From contig CAVTBU010000008.1 of NCBI GenBank assembly GCA_963733035.1, forward strand, positions 64,001-128,000: a stretch of 64,000 nucleotides of DNA. The letters run 5' to 3'. Shown here piece by piece: positions 48,203 to 59,109 of the stretch (positions are counted from its first letter, which is position 1; each line of letters begins with the position of its first letter). The position numbers and the translations under genes were made by a program. Below the pieces are notes generated by a model, which was given only the letters and a program-made list of their open reading frames with translations, had not been told where the DNA came from and ran no database searches. The stretch comes from Pirellulales bacterium (GTDB lineage Bacteria; Planctomycetota; Planctomycetia; Pirellulales; PALSA-1355).

Positions 48203-48906
48203 GAACGCTCGACCTTCAACGTCAAGGCGAAGGGGGGGACCAGACGGTCGTCACGGTGCGCCTTTCCGCCAATCCATGCGCTCCACAAGGCATCGGCGGC
48301 TTTCGCTGTGCCCAAATGCGCAACAAAACGATCTTCGAGGGGGGCTCCCCGTGTACGGCGCCGGCATGGCTCCCGAAACAATTTTACGAGTTTTCCTTGC
48401 GCCTGCTTGACGCCACACTTTGGGTAATTACCCTAGAGCGTGTAACTCGCAGAAGCGTTAGCTTCGGCAATCTTACCGCAATCAGAACTTCCACACAGGC
48501 GCTCATGAAGCTCGCGACAGCACCGTCGAAGGATTTCGCACGGCACGCTTGTCAGAGAATTCAGCCGCACGCCTGAGTGTCTGGCAATCGGTAGGCCTTA
48601 ACTCCTGTTGGCCGCCGGCTCCTCGTGTGCAAGCCATGACGGGTTTATTCCGTCGTCGATTCTCTGCCGAGCCGCGCGATTTCGCCCGCACCACCGAGCC
48701 GGTGAATGTGCCCGCACCGTGCGCTCTTCCGGCGCGGTAAAGCCCAACGCGCAACGCGGCTGCTGTCTGTTTCCGTCCTCCCTGGTTTCGCTGCGAAACG
48801 CGGCCAGCGGCGGCACGCGCGCTCAGCGAGGTTCTACGGGAAGGTCCAACTTCATGCCAAACCAGAAAGCAAAACCTTGCAGACGAAATTTCGGGAATCG
48901 GCGGCT

Positions 48907-49713
48907 ATGAAACGCGCGTCACTACGTTGCATCGGCTCGACACTATTGTTTGTCGCGGCGCTCGGTGGGTTGGCTACCCACGCGCAGGCCGACGCAATTT
49001 CCTACTCGCTGACGCTCTGCGAAGATCTCGACGTGCTGAAAGATCCGACAAATAAGACGCTGGCAATGAATGCCGGCTGGAAACCGCAACACACGCTGAT
49101 GATGGAGCGAACCTCGCCATACGTAGAACTGAAAAACACGTCGGATTCCGCCTTGATTACTCAGTTGAGCATGTCAATCGGTGATTTATCGAAGAACTTC
49201 GACTGGGCCAAAATGGTCGAAGTCTCGCCGGGAGTTTCCATAACTGTCTTGACTGTTGACTCGGTCATGGGGGGCACGAAATCAGATACGCTAACCATCA
49301 GTTTCAGCGGATTTGCGCCCGGAGACTTCGTGCGGTTTCGCATGGGTTTGAGCGACGACAATCCCAACGCGAGCCTGCTGCAGGACTACCGCGCGATCCT
49401 ATTTCACCTTGACGGTAATAACCCAAGTTCGAATTCCACGGTCTCGGTGGATTTCCAAAGCAACAGCGGCACGTCGACCCTCACCGACCAATTGCCCAAC
49501 TTCTCCATGGGCGGTATGTCCACGTCGACCAGCATGGCGTTTCCGCACCAATACGGGATGGACACGGTGATGCCCTTCCAACTCACCGGCAGCGGTTCGA
49601 CGACCGACGAGACCTCGACGGCGACGGTGCCCGAGCCCGCCAGCATCTTGCTACTTGGCTGTGGCCTGGCGGGATTTGTGGCGTGTCGATTTGGTCGCCG
49701 AATTCGTGCATAA
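48907..49713 (+). CDS. PEP-CTERM sorting-domain surface protein
   Basis: Signal peptide; C-terminal VPEPASILLLGCGLAGFVACRFGRR. Confidence 0.9.
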   Translation: MKRASLRCIGSTLLFVAALGGLATHAQADAISYSLTLCEDLDVLKDPTNKTLAMNAGWKPQHTLMMERTSPYVELKNTSDSALITQLSMSIGDLSKNFDWAKMVEVSPGVSITVLTVDSVMGGTKSDTLTISFSGFAPGDFVRFRMGLSDDNPNASLLQDYRAILFHLDGNNPSSNSTVSVDFQSNSGTSTLTDQLPNFSMGGMSTSTSMAFPHQYGMDTVMPFQLTGSGSTTDETSTATVPEPASILLLGCGLAGFVACRFGRRIRA

Positions 49714-50042
49714 CGATCGAGCGCACGCCCGCAGACTCAAGTCGAACCATTTTCGGTCGGCAGCGCCGACCGGCGCCTGAATCGACGTGACGGCTTTTGC
49801 AGTCTGGTCCCACCACTGCTTTGTCGGCACATCCCCCGGCTGCCGGCGAATGTAAAACCGTGACGATTTTTCTGGTTCTACCGGAAATTCCTGCAATGCC
49901 CGTCGTAGGGGTGCCGATATCTAGGCAAGACCCGGCAACCTTGCGCCCGATTTCGGTTGTGCCTGCACGGTTGCCGCGAGTCCCGCAGTGTATTCCACAG
50001 GGCAGTGGAAACTTCGCTCATTTTGAGCTTTAGGGGGGAGTC

Positions 50043-51314
50043 ATGAAGGTTGTTTTTCGCGCACAAATTGTTTTCGCGGCGGCATTTATATGCCTTGCGG
50101 CGAGTGTGGTTCAAGGGGCCGATCCGTTTGGCTTGCGCTACCCTGTCAAGCGCAGCTCACACCAGAGTCGCGCGGCAGCCGATTCTGAGCCGGCGATGCT
50201 GATTTCGCATGCCGATCCGCAGCCGAGTCCCGAGCCAATCGCCGATCCCATGCTGGAAGCCGACGGCCCGATGATGGAGGACGGCGTGTCGAGTTGGGAG
50301 GACGTCGGGACGTGCGACAGCTGCGGAGGCGGAGATTGCATGACCGGGGGCTCACGCGGCTGCCTGGGGAACCTCTGGTACGGCGGGGTCGACTACCTGC
50401 TGTTTCGGCCGCGGTACAGCCAGGCGGTGGCCGCCGTGCGTCGTCAGGAGACGACCGACACGTCGACCTTTCCGTCCACGAGTACCAACACCGATACGGT
50501 AATCGCCTATCCGTTCAACTACTCGAGCGGCTTTCGCGTTTCCGCCGGCTATCGGCTGTTGGATTGTGGGGGAGATTTTCAGGTAACCTATTGGCGAATG
50601 GCCAACAACGCCCAAGTAACAGAGGGGCCGGCGAACACCAGTACGAACAACCCGTTCATCGCCGGCAACCTCGAGAACAATCCCGCGACCGGTCAATTCC
50701 TGAATGCCAGAACCGGCGTGACCGCGAATATTTTCGACGCCAATTTTACGAAGTGCATTTCCCTGGGCGGTCCATGTAGTCCGTGCGACACGTGCTTCTG
50801 CCCGCGCTGGGACTTGCGGTATTTCGTCGGAGCGCGTGCGGCAGACATCAGCCGCTATAACAACAATGTGGTCGAGGACGCCAACGGCACGGGAGTGTCG
50901 TATGGCAACATCAATGCACGATTCGTTGGCGCCGGACCTCAAATCGGCTTTCAGACTCGCCGATATCTGGGACAAAATGGCTTCTGGTCCTTGTACGGTC
51001 GTGGCAGCCAGGCGCTGTTGATTGGCGACTACCGCATGAGTCGCCAGTTGTCGATACCCAGCGACGGCACGACGGCGAACCAAATCACCAACCAATTCGA
51101 CAGGTACTCACGGATGATTCCGGTCACGGACATCGAAGTGGGGCTGTCATGGCAGGCCGCGCCCTACACCTTTGTGTCCGTGGGCTATTTCTGGCAGTGT
51201 TGGTGGGACCTGGGACAGGCCGAGAACATTTCCGGCACCAACTTCGGTCCGCTCGACTCGGCAAACATTCTCGGCTTCGACGGTCTGTTCGTGCGTGGCG
51301 AGATGTTGTTCTAA
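50043..51314 (+). CDS. Outer-membrane beta-barrel (Lpg1974/BBP7-like)
   Basis: Signal peptide, amphipathic strands, FVGAGPQIG, terminal GFDGLFVRGEMLF. Confidence 0.78.
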   Translation: MKVVFRAQIVFAAAFICLAASVVQGADPFGLRYPVKRSSHQSRAAADSEPAMLISHADPQPSPEPIADPMLEADGPMMEDGVSSWEDVGTCDSCGGGDCMTGGSRGCLGNLWYGGVDYLLFRPRYSQAVAAVRRQETTDTSTFPSTSTNTDTVIAYPFNYSSGFRVSAGYRLLDCGGDFQVTYWRMANNAQVTEGPANTSTNNPFIAGNLENNPATGQFLNARTGVTANIFDANFTKCISLGGPCSPCDTCFCPRWDLRYFVGARAADISRYNNNVVEDANGTGVSYGNINARFVGAGPQIGFQTRRYLGQNGFWSLYGRGSQALLIGDYRMSRQLSIPSDGTTANQITNQFDRYSRMIPVTDIEVGLSWQAAPYTFVSVGYFWQCWWDLGQAENISGTNFGPLDSANILGFDGLFVRGEMLF

Positions 51315-51372
51315 GAAGGGGTACGCCAGGCGAACGCGACGCCAGCAACCCAAACATAAAATGACGACCCGC

Positions 51373-51409
51373 GAGAGGATCGGTTCCATGGGAGCCGGTC
51401 CTCTTTTTT
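51373..51409 (+). terminator. Intrinsic terminator
   Basis: AGAGGATCGGTTCC-ATG-GGAGCCGGTCCTCT followed by TTTTT. Confidence 0.8.
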
Positions 51410-51556
51410 GATGAACCGACCGACGACTGGCGCGGCGTCAAATGACCGGTGTGACAAAAGTCCGATGAGCTCGGCAACCATGCCGAGCGCAGCGTTGAAT
51501 CAGCCATTGCCGCCACGAACCATCGGAACGATAAGTAGGCGATTGAGAAACAGGCC

Positions 51557-51751
51557 CTACATACCCTCAAGCATGCTAGCGCGCCCACGGCGAGCGGCCC
51601 TCAAGCGTGCACGACGCCGGGTCTCACTCGGTTTCTCGTAGTATTCGCGCCGACGCATTTCCTTCTTGATGCCGCTCCGCTCGACTAGCTTGCGGAACCG
51701 CCGGACCGCTTCTTGAATCGACTCGCGGTCTCTGACGTTCAACTTGACCAC
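51557..51751 (-). CDS. rpsU: 30S ribosomal protein S21
   Basis: GTG start with [37 protein letters not shown]. Confidence 0.95.
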   Translation of the reverse strand: MVKLNVRDRESIQEAVRRFRKLVERSGIKKEMRRREYYEKPSETRRRARLRAARRGRASMLEGM

Positions 51752-52076
51752 ACGTCCTCCTTTGAACAGGTTTTTCGCCAAAAAACAGTAAATCGTGAAA
51801 CGAACAGCCACTAAGAATTTACACGCCCAGACCGGGCCGTGTCCAGCCGCTCTCAGGCGGTTTTTTCGAACGGTCACCCCACTCGAGACTAGCTGGCACG
51901 TGGTTTTCTTCCCAATCTTCCCAACCGACAAATTCCCCACCGCGGCGCGTGCGCCTCGTCATGCCGTGGCAACCCGCGAACTACAGTTGGACCGGCACAT
52001 GGGGTGGCGCCGATGGATTACTCTGGCCACAAAGGCCACAGCCCAACTGCCCGCTTCCCACCCTCGGCGACCCCCC

Positions 52077-52292
52077 ATGCCTCTCGACCGCTCCCATGCA
52101 GCCGCCGCGCGGCTGGCAGAAATCGATGCGCTGCAAGATGACGTGCTGCGGCGGCTGGACGACCTCGAGCGTCGCACGGCCGCTATCTTGGCCCAATGCC
52201 TGGGTAACAGCGCACTTTCCTGCCGGGAACAGCCGGGGTCCCAGTCGGCGGATTCCCATTCGGCCGATGCCCAGTCGCGCGAGGCCGCGTGA
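52077..52292 (+). CDS. Small coiled-coil hypothetical protein
   Basis: LAEIDALQDDVLRRLDDLERRT. Confidence 0.55.
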   Translation: MPLDRSHAAAARLAEIDALQDDVLRRLDDLERRTAAILAQCLGNSALSCREQPGSQSADSHSADAQSREAA

Positions 52293-52455
52293 GGGCGGCA
52301 GCTCGTTGACTCGCCTCGAATCATCGACGAAACTTATCTCGTGCCCCGACTTTGTGCACGGGGTAGGCTTGGTCGAGTCTTTCGCTGCCCAGCAAGGCGC
52401 TCGCCAGCCTGACGTTTTCCCACCTGCTTTGTTCACCCGTCGAGATTCCCCCGCC

Positions 52456-53730
52456 ATGCCCGACCTTCGACCCCTGCGCACTACCGTCTGTTCACTACTG
52501 CTCGCAATGGCCACCTCCGCAGTGCATGCCGAGAACTGGCCCCAATGGCGGGGAGCCAAGCTCGACGGCATCAGCCACGAAAAGAACTTGCCTCTAACCT
52601 GGAGCAAGACCGAAAACGTCGCCTGGCGGCTCGAACTCCCGGGCCCGGCTGGAGCCACGCCCGTGGTCTGGGATGATCGGATTTTCCTGACCTCGGCTGA
52701 GGGCGACGATCTGGTCCTCATGGCCGTTAGCACCGAGGGCCAGCCGCTGTGGAAGCAAACCCTTGCCCAGCACAACAAGACCGTGCGTGGCGACGAGGGA
52801 AATTCCGCCTCCCCGTCACCATCAACCGACGGCAAACACGTGTGGGCCATGACCGGCACGGGCGATCTCGCATGCTATACGGTCGACGGTCGGGAAGTCT
52901 GGAAATTCAATCTGCAAGACCGCTACGGCAAGTTCGACATCCAATTTGGTATGACGTCAACGCCCGTGCTCGACGGTAACCGCCTGTATTTGCAATTACT
53001 CCATAGCGGAGGGGCGATAGTTCTGGCGCTCGATACGCTCACTGGGGAAGAAGTTTGGAAACAGACCCGCCCGAGCGATGCCCGAGCGGAATGCGAACAT
53101 TCGTACGCCTCGCCGGTGCTCTATCGCGACGACACGACGGAATTGTTGCTCACTCACGGCTGTGACTACATCGTGGCTCATCGACTTAGCGACGGAAAAG
53201 AAGTGTGGCGTTGCGGGGGCCTGAACATCAAGAGCAACTACAACCCCACGCTCCGTTTCGTGGCATCGCCGTTGGCAGTGCCGGGGTTGGTGATCGCACC
53301 GAGCGCTAAGAATGGCCCTGTGTTGGCGCTCGATCCGCATGCGCAGGGCGACATCACCGACAAGTCCGCCGGACATCTTTGGACGCGTGACCACAACACC
53401 CCCGATGTCCCGTCACCGCTGGTTGTCGACGGACTGGTATATCTCTGCCGCGAGGACGGCACCCTGATTTGTCTGGATGCAAAGACCGGCGAAGAATGCT
53501 ACACGAAACGCACCCACGCCGACCGCCATCGTGCCTCGCCTGTCTACGGCGACGGCAAAATCTATTTAACCGCCCGCGACGGCACGATCACCGTGGTCAA
53601 GCCTGGCAAGGACTTTGAGATTCTGGCCAGCAACGACATGACCGAATCGACTTCGTCGTCTCCCGCCATTTCGAATGGTCGCATTTACATCCGCACGTTC
53701 GACGCGCTCTACGCCATCGGACCGAAATAG
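52456..53730 (+). CDS. PQQ-binding-like beta-propeller (BamB-like) protein
   Basis: Signal peptide, ENWPQWRG, repeated SP...G..VW motifs. Confidence 0.9.
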   Translation: MPDLRPLRTTVCSLLLAMATSAVHAENWPQWRGAKLDGISHEKNLPLTWSKTENVAWRLELPGPAGATPVVWDDRIFLTSAEGDDLVLMAVSTEGQPLWKQTLAQHNKTVRGDEGNSASPSPSTDGKHVWAMTGTGDLACYTVDGREVWKFNLQDRYGKFDIQFGMTSTPVLDGNRLYLQLLHSGGAIVLALDTLTGEEVWKQTRPSDARAECEHSYASPVLYRDDTTELLLTHGCDYIVAHRLSDGKEVWRCGGLNIKSNYNPTLRFVASPLAVPGLVIAPSAKNGPVLALDPHAQGDITDKSAGHLWTRDHNTPDVPSPLVVDGLVYLCREDGTLICLDAKTGEECYTKRTHADRHRASPVYGDGKIYLTARDGTITVVKPGKDFEILASNDMTESTSSSPAISNGRIYIRTFDALYAIGPK

Positions 53731-54083
53731 AGGATGTCGCCAGGGCCCACGACACCAAAAACCCTCTCCTCGCGGGTTTGCCATGGACAGGCGCGAAGAT
53801 ATTCCGCCTGGCCATGCTGTGCGGGTGTGGATTGTATGGACTCGCTAAGGAGTTCCAAAACTGCTCGTCAGCGCGGCAAATCGGCTTTCTTTGGAATCTC
53901 TGTCGCATCCCGACGATTCGTTACCTCAGCAACGTTTCGTCGCAGGATAGGCACGGCGCCCAGTCGCGGCGTCGAGTCGGACACGAATACTTCCACCTGC
54001 TGCAGACGATTCCTCCAACCACGGCGGAGGAAAGTCCACGGACGGCGTTTCCGTACCCAGATGGATTGAAAGGCAAGGAAGCC

Positions 54084-55094
54084 ATGAATTTTCGCCTGTT
54101 CGCTTGCGCGCTTGCGCTAGTAGGTTGCTGGGCGTCCAAAGCGGATTCGGCCGATTGGAGCATTTCCTCCACGTCCGACGACGACCCTCAAGCGGTCGAA
54201 CCGCTCGTTACTGATTGGACCGAAACGGCCGACTACGCGTACCCATCGCGGTGGACAGCTTGGGCGGGAGCCATCTTTCTCGACCGCTCCAATCCCCGCA
54301 GCCAGTCGCTCGTCCGCGACGGTGAGACCACGCTGCTCAATGCCAACAACATGAGTTTCGGCCCTCAGGCGGGCATCGATTTGAATGCGCTGCGCCACGG
54401 CGAAGTCTTCGACGTTGGCTTTCGCTATTTTCAGGTCAACAACATGTCGGCGCACCAGCGGCTGTTTCCTCCCAGTTCCGCCAGCTTGGATTTGGCCAAC
54501 CCGTTCCCGATTGATGTTCCGCAACTCGACGCTTACTACAACACGAGCATCCAAAGCGTCGAGCTGAACCTGCGTAAGAACCTGACGCCGCGACTTGCGC
54601 TGTTGGCCGGCTTTCGCTACCTCGCGCTAGACGATGATTTGGCTCACAAGTTTGATATCACGGGCGACAGCTTCAGCCTCTTCAAATTGAACGTCGACGG
54701 CATCAACCGACTGTATGGCGCTCAAATTGGCGCCGACGCCGTGCTGTTCTCGGCGGGGCGATTTCAGTTTGAAAGCGCGATCAAGGCCGGCATCTACGGC
54801 AATAGCGCTCGCAACGCATTGCGCGTGTCGGTGCTCGAATTGCCGACCACGTCGCTGATCCACCGTGCCGCGAACACGGCCTTTGTGGGCGACTGGAATT
54901 TCTCGGGAGTCGTGCAACTCAACGACCACTGGGCGTTGCGCGGCGGATACCAACTGCTGTGGCTATCGGGAGTGGCTCTCTCATCGGAACAGTTTCCGGT
55001 GACGTTTCCCAACCCGATTCCTGGGCTCAACGTCATCACCACGGGCGATCTGTTTTTGCACGGCGCCTTGGTGAGCGTGCAGGCGAACTGGTAG
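54084..55094 (+). CDS. BBP7-like outer-membrane beta-barrel protein
   Basis: Signal peptide, LAGFRY, NRLYGAQIG, LRGGYQLLWLSGVA, terminal Trp. Confidence 0.78.
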   Translation: MNFRLFACALALVGCWASKADSADWSISSTSDDDPQAVEPLVTDWTETADYAYPSRWTAWAGAIFLDRSNPRSQSLVRDGETTLLNANNMSFGPQAGIDLNALRHGEVFDVGFRYFQVNNMSAHQRLFPPSSASLDLANPFPIDVPQLDAYYNTSIQSVELNLRKNLTPRLALLAGFRYLALDDDLAHKFDITGDSFSLFKLNVDGINRLYGAQIGADAVLFSAGRFQFESAIKAGIYGNSARNALRVSVLELPTTSLIHRAANTAFVGDWNFSGVVQLNDHWALRGGYQLLWLSGVALSSEQFPVTFPNPIPGLNVITTGDLFLHGALVSVQANW

Positions 55095-55185
55095 CGGCTC
55101 GGGGCCTCCCCAAACAATTTGCACGAGCGGACGCCGGCGAGGCAGCGAGGAGCGCAGGGGGCTGCCTCGCTGGTGACGGAGCCGT

Positions 55186-56262
55186 TTACAGCGTGTTGGA
55201 TTCAGCCACTTCGGATTCCGTCGCGACCACGTGTCCCGCCGGCTCCTCATGGCGCGTGACCACGAATCCCAACTCCTCGATCATCTTGTAGTCGGACGCT
55301 GGCGCTTGGCCCTGGGTCGTCAGATAGTCACCGACGAAGATCGAATTGGCCGGGTAAAGACCGAGCGGTTGCAGGCTTCCCAGGTGAAGTTCGCGGCCGC
55401 CGGCAATGCGAATCTCCGACGTCGGATTGGCAAACCGAAACATCGCAAGCACTTTGAGGCAGTAGCGGGGGTTGAGCTTTCCCTCGCCAGCGAGGGGAGT
55501 TCCCGTGATTGGGTTCAGAAAATTGACTGGAATCGATTCGACTTTGAGATCGCGCAAAGCAAACGCCATCTGTACCACGTCATCGTGCTGTTCGCCCATG
55601 CCGACGATGCCGCCTGAGCAGAGTTCCATACCAGCCGAGCGGACCGCCTGCAGCGTGGCAATGCGATCGGCGTAGCCGTGCGTGGAGCAGATCTCGCCGT
55701 AGTAGTGTTCGCTCGTGTTCAGGTTGTGATTCACCTTGTCCACACCGCAGGCCTTCAGACGCGCGGCATCTGCTGGAGTAAGAAGTCCCAAGCAAGCGCA
55801 GATCTTCAAGTCGTACTGCGCCTTGATCTGCGGAACGATCGTCGTAATGGCATCCATTTCGCGTTGCGAGGGACCTCGGGCCGAGATCACGATGCAATAG
55901 GTCTTGGCGTGCCGCTCCGCCGCCACGCGAGCCCCATCGAGCAGCTTCTGCGCATTGAGTAGGTTATAACGCGGAATATCCGCATCGGAGACTTTGGACT
56001 GCGAGCAGTAGCCGCAATCCTCGGGACACAACCCGCTTTTGGCATTCATCAGAAAATACAGCTGCACGGTGTTTCCGAACGACTGTCGACGAATGACATA
56101 CGCGGCCGACAACAAACCGAGGAGTTGATCGTCCGGGCTCGTGAGAATGGCAACCGCCTCGTCCCGAGTCAGGAGGTGACCTGCCAAAACCCGGTCGGCG
56201 AGGGCTTGCCAGTCTTGCGCGGCATGTGCGGGCGTGGAACCAGTTTGCGCCTGTTCGATCAT
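55186..56262 (-). CDS. bioB: Biotin synthase
   Basis: Radical SAM CPEDCGYC motif, NHNLNTS, CSGGIVGMGE, SIPVNFL, RIAGGRE. Confidence 0.96.
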   Translation of the reverse strand: MIEQAQTGSTPAHAAQDWQALADRVLAGHLLTRDEAVAILTSPDDQLLGLLSAAYVIRRQSFGNTVQLYFLMNAKSGLCPEDCGYCSQSKVSDADIPRYNLLNAQKLLDGARVAAERHAKTYCIVISARGPSQREMDAITTIVPQIKAQYDLKICACLGLLTPADAARLKACGVDKVNHNLNTSEHYYGEICSTHGYADRIATLQAVRSAGMELCSGGIVGMGEQHDDVVQMAFALRDLKVESIPVNFLNPITGTPLAGEGKLNPRYCLKVLAMFRFANPTSEIRIAGGRELHLGSLQPLGLYPANSIFVGDYLTTQGQAPASDYKMIEELGFVVTRHEEPAGHVVATESEVAESNTL

Positions 56263-56345
56263 GGTCAACCTCCGTCTCTCAGCATGGACAAACTCACGTG
56301 ACACAAGTATCGTGACAGAAGAGCTTTACGCAAGGGGGGATTCAT

Positions 56346-56930
56346 TTGTTGACACCCGTTACGGCGAACTCCGACGGAGCCTCACAGGGACGCCACCATG
56401 TGGTGCGCGTCGGCTCCCTGGGTCACATCGGCCGGTTCACTTCGGTCGATGCGGTTCGCTATCCGCGCGGTACGCGGGTCGTCGTTCGCACCGGCCGTGG
56501 ACTCGAAGTTGGTGAAATCTTGGCTGAGCCACAGGGGTCGGACGTCGAGTCGGCCGATGGTTCAATACTTCGCGGCGTGACCGTGGCCGACGATCTCTTG
56601 TTGGCCCGATTGGAGAAAAACCGTGCAGATGCCTACGAGGCTTGTGCGGCGCGATTGGCTCAATTGTCAACTCCAACAGTCTTGATGGATGTCGAGTACC
56701 TGTTCGACGGCCGCACGCTGGTATTCTACTTCCTAGGCGAGATGACTACCGAACTCGACGCCCTGACCAACGAACTGGCAGGTATCTACGAATCGCGCGT
56801 GCAGTTCCGCCAGTTCGTCGACGCGGTAAACGAAGGCTGCGGTCCCGAATGTGGTACCGAGGCCGCCGCAGGCTGCAAGACCTGCGTAAGCCATTGCGCC
56901 GTGGCCGACGCCTGTAGCGCCAAACGATAG
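56346..56930 (+). CDS. PSP1-domain protein with Cys-rich C-terminus
   Basis: VVVRTGRGLEVG, DVEYLFDGRTLVFYF, CGPECG..GCKTC...C. Confidence 0.8.
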   Translation: MLTPVTANSDGASQGRHHVVRVGSLGHIGRFTSVDAVRYPRGTRVVVRTGRGLEVGEILAEPQGSDVESADGSILRGVTVADDLLLARLEKNRADAYEACAARLAQLSTPTVLMDVEYLFDGRTLVFYFLGEMTTELDALTNELAGIYESRVQFRQFVDAVNEGCGPECGTEAAAGCKTCVSHCAVADACSAKR

Positions 56931-57212
56931 CTATTGCGCATCCAAGTGCACCATCGTGGTCGTGCGGTCACGGTCGGTAACGACGACCAGCCGCCGACCA
57001 TCCGCCATGGTGTACGTTGACTGCAGATTGAACTGATCGCTCAACCCACGCTCGTTGACCGCGCGAACTGCTTCCGACACTTCGCCCCAGTCGCCGTTTT
57101 GGTGACGCGCCAGCAAGTCTCCCAGTGCAACGCCGTTGCTCGTTAGCACCGCAGCGGCGGCGGGCGTGATGATGATCGTGCCGACGTCAAATTTCGGATT
57201 CTGCAATTTCAT
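56931..57212 (-). CDS. Small hypothetical protein with RHxxGDWG motif
   Basis: FDVGTIIITPAA, LLARHQNGDWG, TDRDRTTT; GGAG-like site upstream. Confidence 0.75.
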   Translation of the reverse strand: MKLQNPKFDVGTIIITPAAAAVLTSNGVALGDLLARHQNGDWGEVSEAVRAVNERGLSDQFNLQSTYTMADGRRLVVVTDRDRTTTMVHLDAQ

Positions 57213-57418
57213 GGAGTTCCGTTCCTCACCCAGCGACTAGCCCCGGCCGCCAAGTGGCCCCTGAATCGATTGCGGCCCGGCGGGGTGAGAAGAAGGCCCC
57301 GCGAGGAGTTGTCCCGGCTCGATATTGTCGCCAGCAGAGTCCGGTTTTGCAAACAAATTCCCCTGCTTACGGGTGGCTGTTTTCCAAGTCGGTGCGGTAT
57401 GGTATGACCGTTCCTAGC

Positions 57419-58777
57419 ATGAACCTTCCCTTGACGATCGTCGAAGCGGCCGCCGCCTATCGCCGCGGAAGCCTGTCACCAAGCGAGTTGCTGGCAGACT
57501 GCCTGAGTCGAATCAGCAGTTTGGATGGCCAGATTTCGGCCTGGGTTGAAGTCGATGCGGCCGGTGCTATCGAAACTGCCAAGCGATGCACCCGCGAATT
57601 GGTCGAGGGCAAATCGCTGGGACCATTGCATGGCATTCCCATTGGCATCAAGGACATCGTCGACGTGGCCGGCATGCCGGTCCGGGCAGGCTCGAAGCTG
57701 ACGAATGCGGGCCTGGCTTCGGCCGATGCCTGCGTGGTCGCTCGACTCCGCGCCGCCGGCGCGATTATCCTGGGCAAGACGGTGACGACGGAGTTTGCTT
57801 GTTTCGATCCGCCGCCCACCCAGAACCCGTGGAACGCCTCTCACACACCGGGAGGCTCGTCGAGCGGTTCGGCGGCCGCGCTTGCCGCGGGGATGTGCCT
57901 GGGAGCAGTCGGCTCGCAGACCGGCGGTTCGATCAATCGGCCGGCCAGCTACTGTGGAGTGGCCGGCATCAAACCGACATTTGGCCGCGTGAGTCGTCGT
58001 GGCGTCTTGCCCGTTAGCTTTCATTTGGACCACGTGGGCCCGCTGGCGCGCACGGCCGAAGACTGTGGCCTGATTTTGGCCGCCATCGCCGGCTGCGACC
58101 CACAGGATCCCGCTTCGAGCTTCCGGCCCGGAATTGAACTGCCGGAAGATCGAGCGATTTGGCCATCGGACCATCCGCCGCGGCTCGGAGTTGTGCGGCC
58201 TTACTTCTTCGACGGCGCCGATCCGGAAACGGCCCAGCTGGTCGAAGTCGCGCTCGGCTCGCTCGCCGAGCAGGGAGCCAAGCTGACGGATCTCGTGCTA
58301 CCCGATCATTTTGATCAGGTCCACACGATGCACCGCCGGATCATGGCATGTGAGGCCGCCGAATATCACCGAAGCGCGTACGGTGCTCCACGCGATGGCT
58401 ACGGACCGCTCATGCAAGAACTTCTCGACGAAGGATTCGCTGTCAGTCTCCGCGAGTATCAGGAAGCCGTGCGGCACCGCCTCGCATTCCGCAATGCCGT
58501 GCAGCGTCTCCTGGCCGGCGTGGATGCCCTTGCAATTCCGGCTACACCGGGGCCGGCACCAGACGCTTCGACCACCGGCGACGCGCGATTCAACGCGCCC
58601 TGGAGTCATGCCGGGGTGCCGGCCGTGTCGATGCCCTGCGGCATTACACAGGCAGGCCTCCCCGTGGCAATACAACTCGTCGGCGAAGCCTGGAGCGAGG
58701 ATTGGCTCCTGCCAATCGCCGCCTGGTGCGAAAAAAAACTCCGCTTTCACGGCGTGCCGCCGCTACTCGCCAAGTGA
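57419..58777 (+). CDS. Amidase-signature family protein
   Basis: GPLHGIPIGIKD, GKTVTTEF, PGGSSSGSA, GSQTGGSINRPA. Confidence 0.93.
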   Translation: MNLPLTIVEAAAAYRRGSLSPSELLADCLSRISSLDGQISAWVEVDAAGAIETAKRCTRELVEGKSLGPLHGIPIGIKDIVDVAGMPVRAGSKLTNAGLASADACVVARLRAAGAIILGKTVTTEFACFDPPPTQNPWNASHTPGGSSSGSAAALAAGMCLGAVGSQTGGSINRPASYCGVAGIKPTFGRVSRRGVLPVSFHLDHVGPLARTAEDCGLILAAIAGCDPQDPASSFRPGIELPEDRAIWPSDHPPRLGVVRPYFFDGADPETAQLVEVALGSLAEQGAKLTDLVLPDHFDQVHTMHRRIMACEAAEYHRSAYGAPRDGYGPLMQELLDEGFAVSLREYQEAVRHRLAFRNAVQRLLAGVDALAIPATPGPAPDASTTGDARFNAPWSHAGVPAVSMPCGITQAGLPVAIQLVGEAWSEDWLLPIAAWCEKKLRFHGVPPLLAK

Positions 58778-59083
58778 ACCAAGTGACGCCAACAGCTCGC
58801 TCATTTCCCCCGCGGCATGCGAGTTGCCGGCGGCACGAGCCAGTTCGATGCCCTCCCGAAGCGCCGTGCGTGCTTCATTGACGCGACCCAACCGGGTCAA
58901 CTGCTGGGCTGACATAAAAAACGCCGGCACGTAAGGCTCCACGTCTTTCATTAGTGAGGCAAACTCGCCGAGGCTCCGCTCGTGGTCTCCCTCCTTGTCC
59001 AATTCCATCGCGAGACTGTAGCGCAAGAACTGATCGCCGGGTTCGACGGACAGCATGTTCTCGATCTTTTCGCGGCGCGACAT
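58763..59083 (-). CDS. TPR-like protein
   Basis: PGDQFLRYSLAMEL..PYVPAFFM..EARTALREGI. Confidence 0.8.
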   Translation of the reverse strand: MSRREKIENMLSVEPGDQFLRYSLAMELDKEGDHERSLGEFASLMKDVEPYVPAFFMSAQQLTRLGRVNEARTALREGIELARAAGNSHAAGEMSELLASLGSLGE

Positions 59084-59109
59084 TGGATAGCAATCGCAGG
59101 GGTGGAGAA

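Noticed and set aside
54027..54037. GAGGAAAGTCC resembling the RNase P RNA signature
   Set aside because: The downstream conserved elements are missing and a CDS starts 47 nt later; it is one arm of a local hairpin
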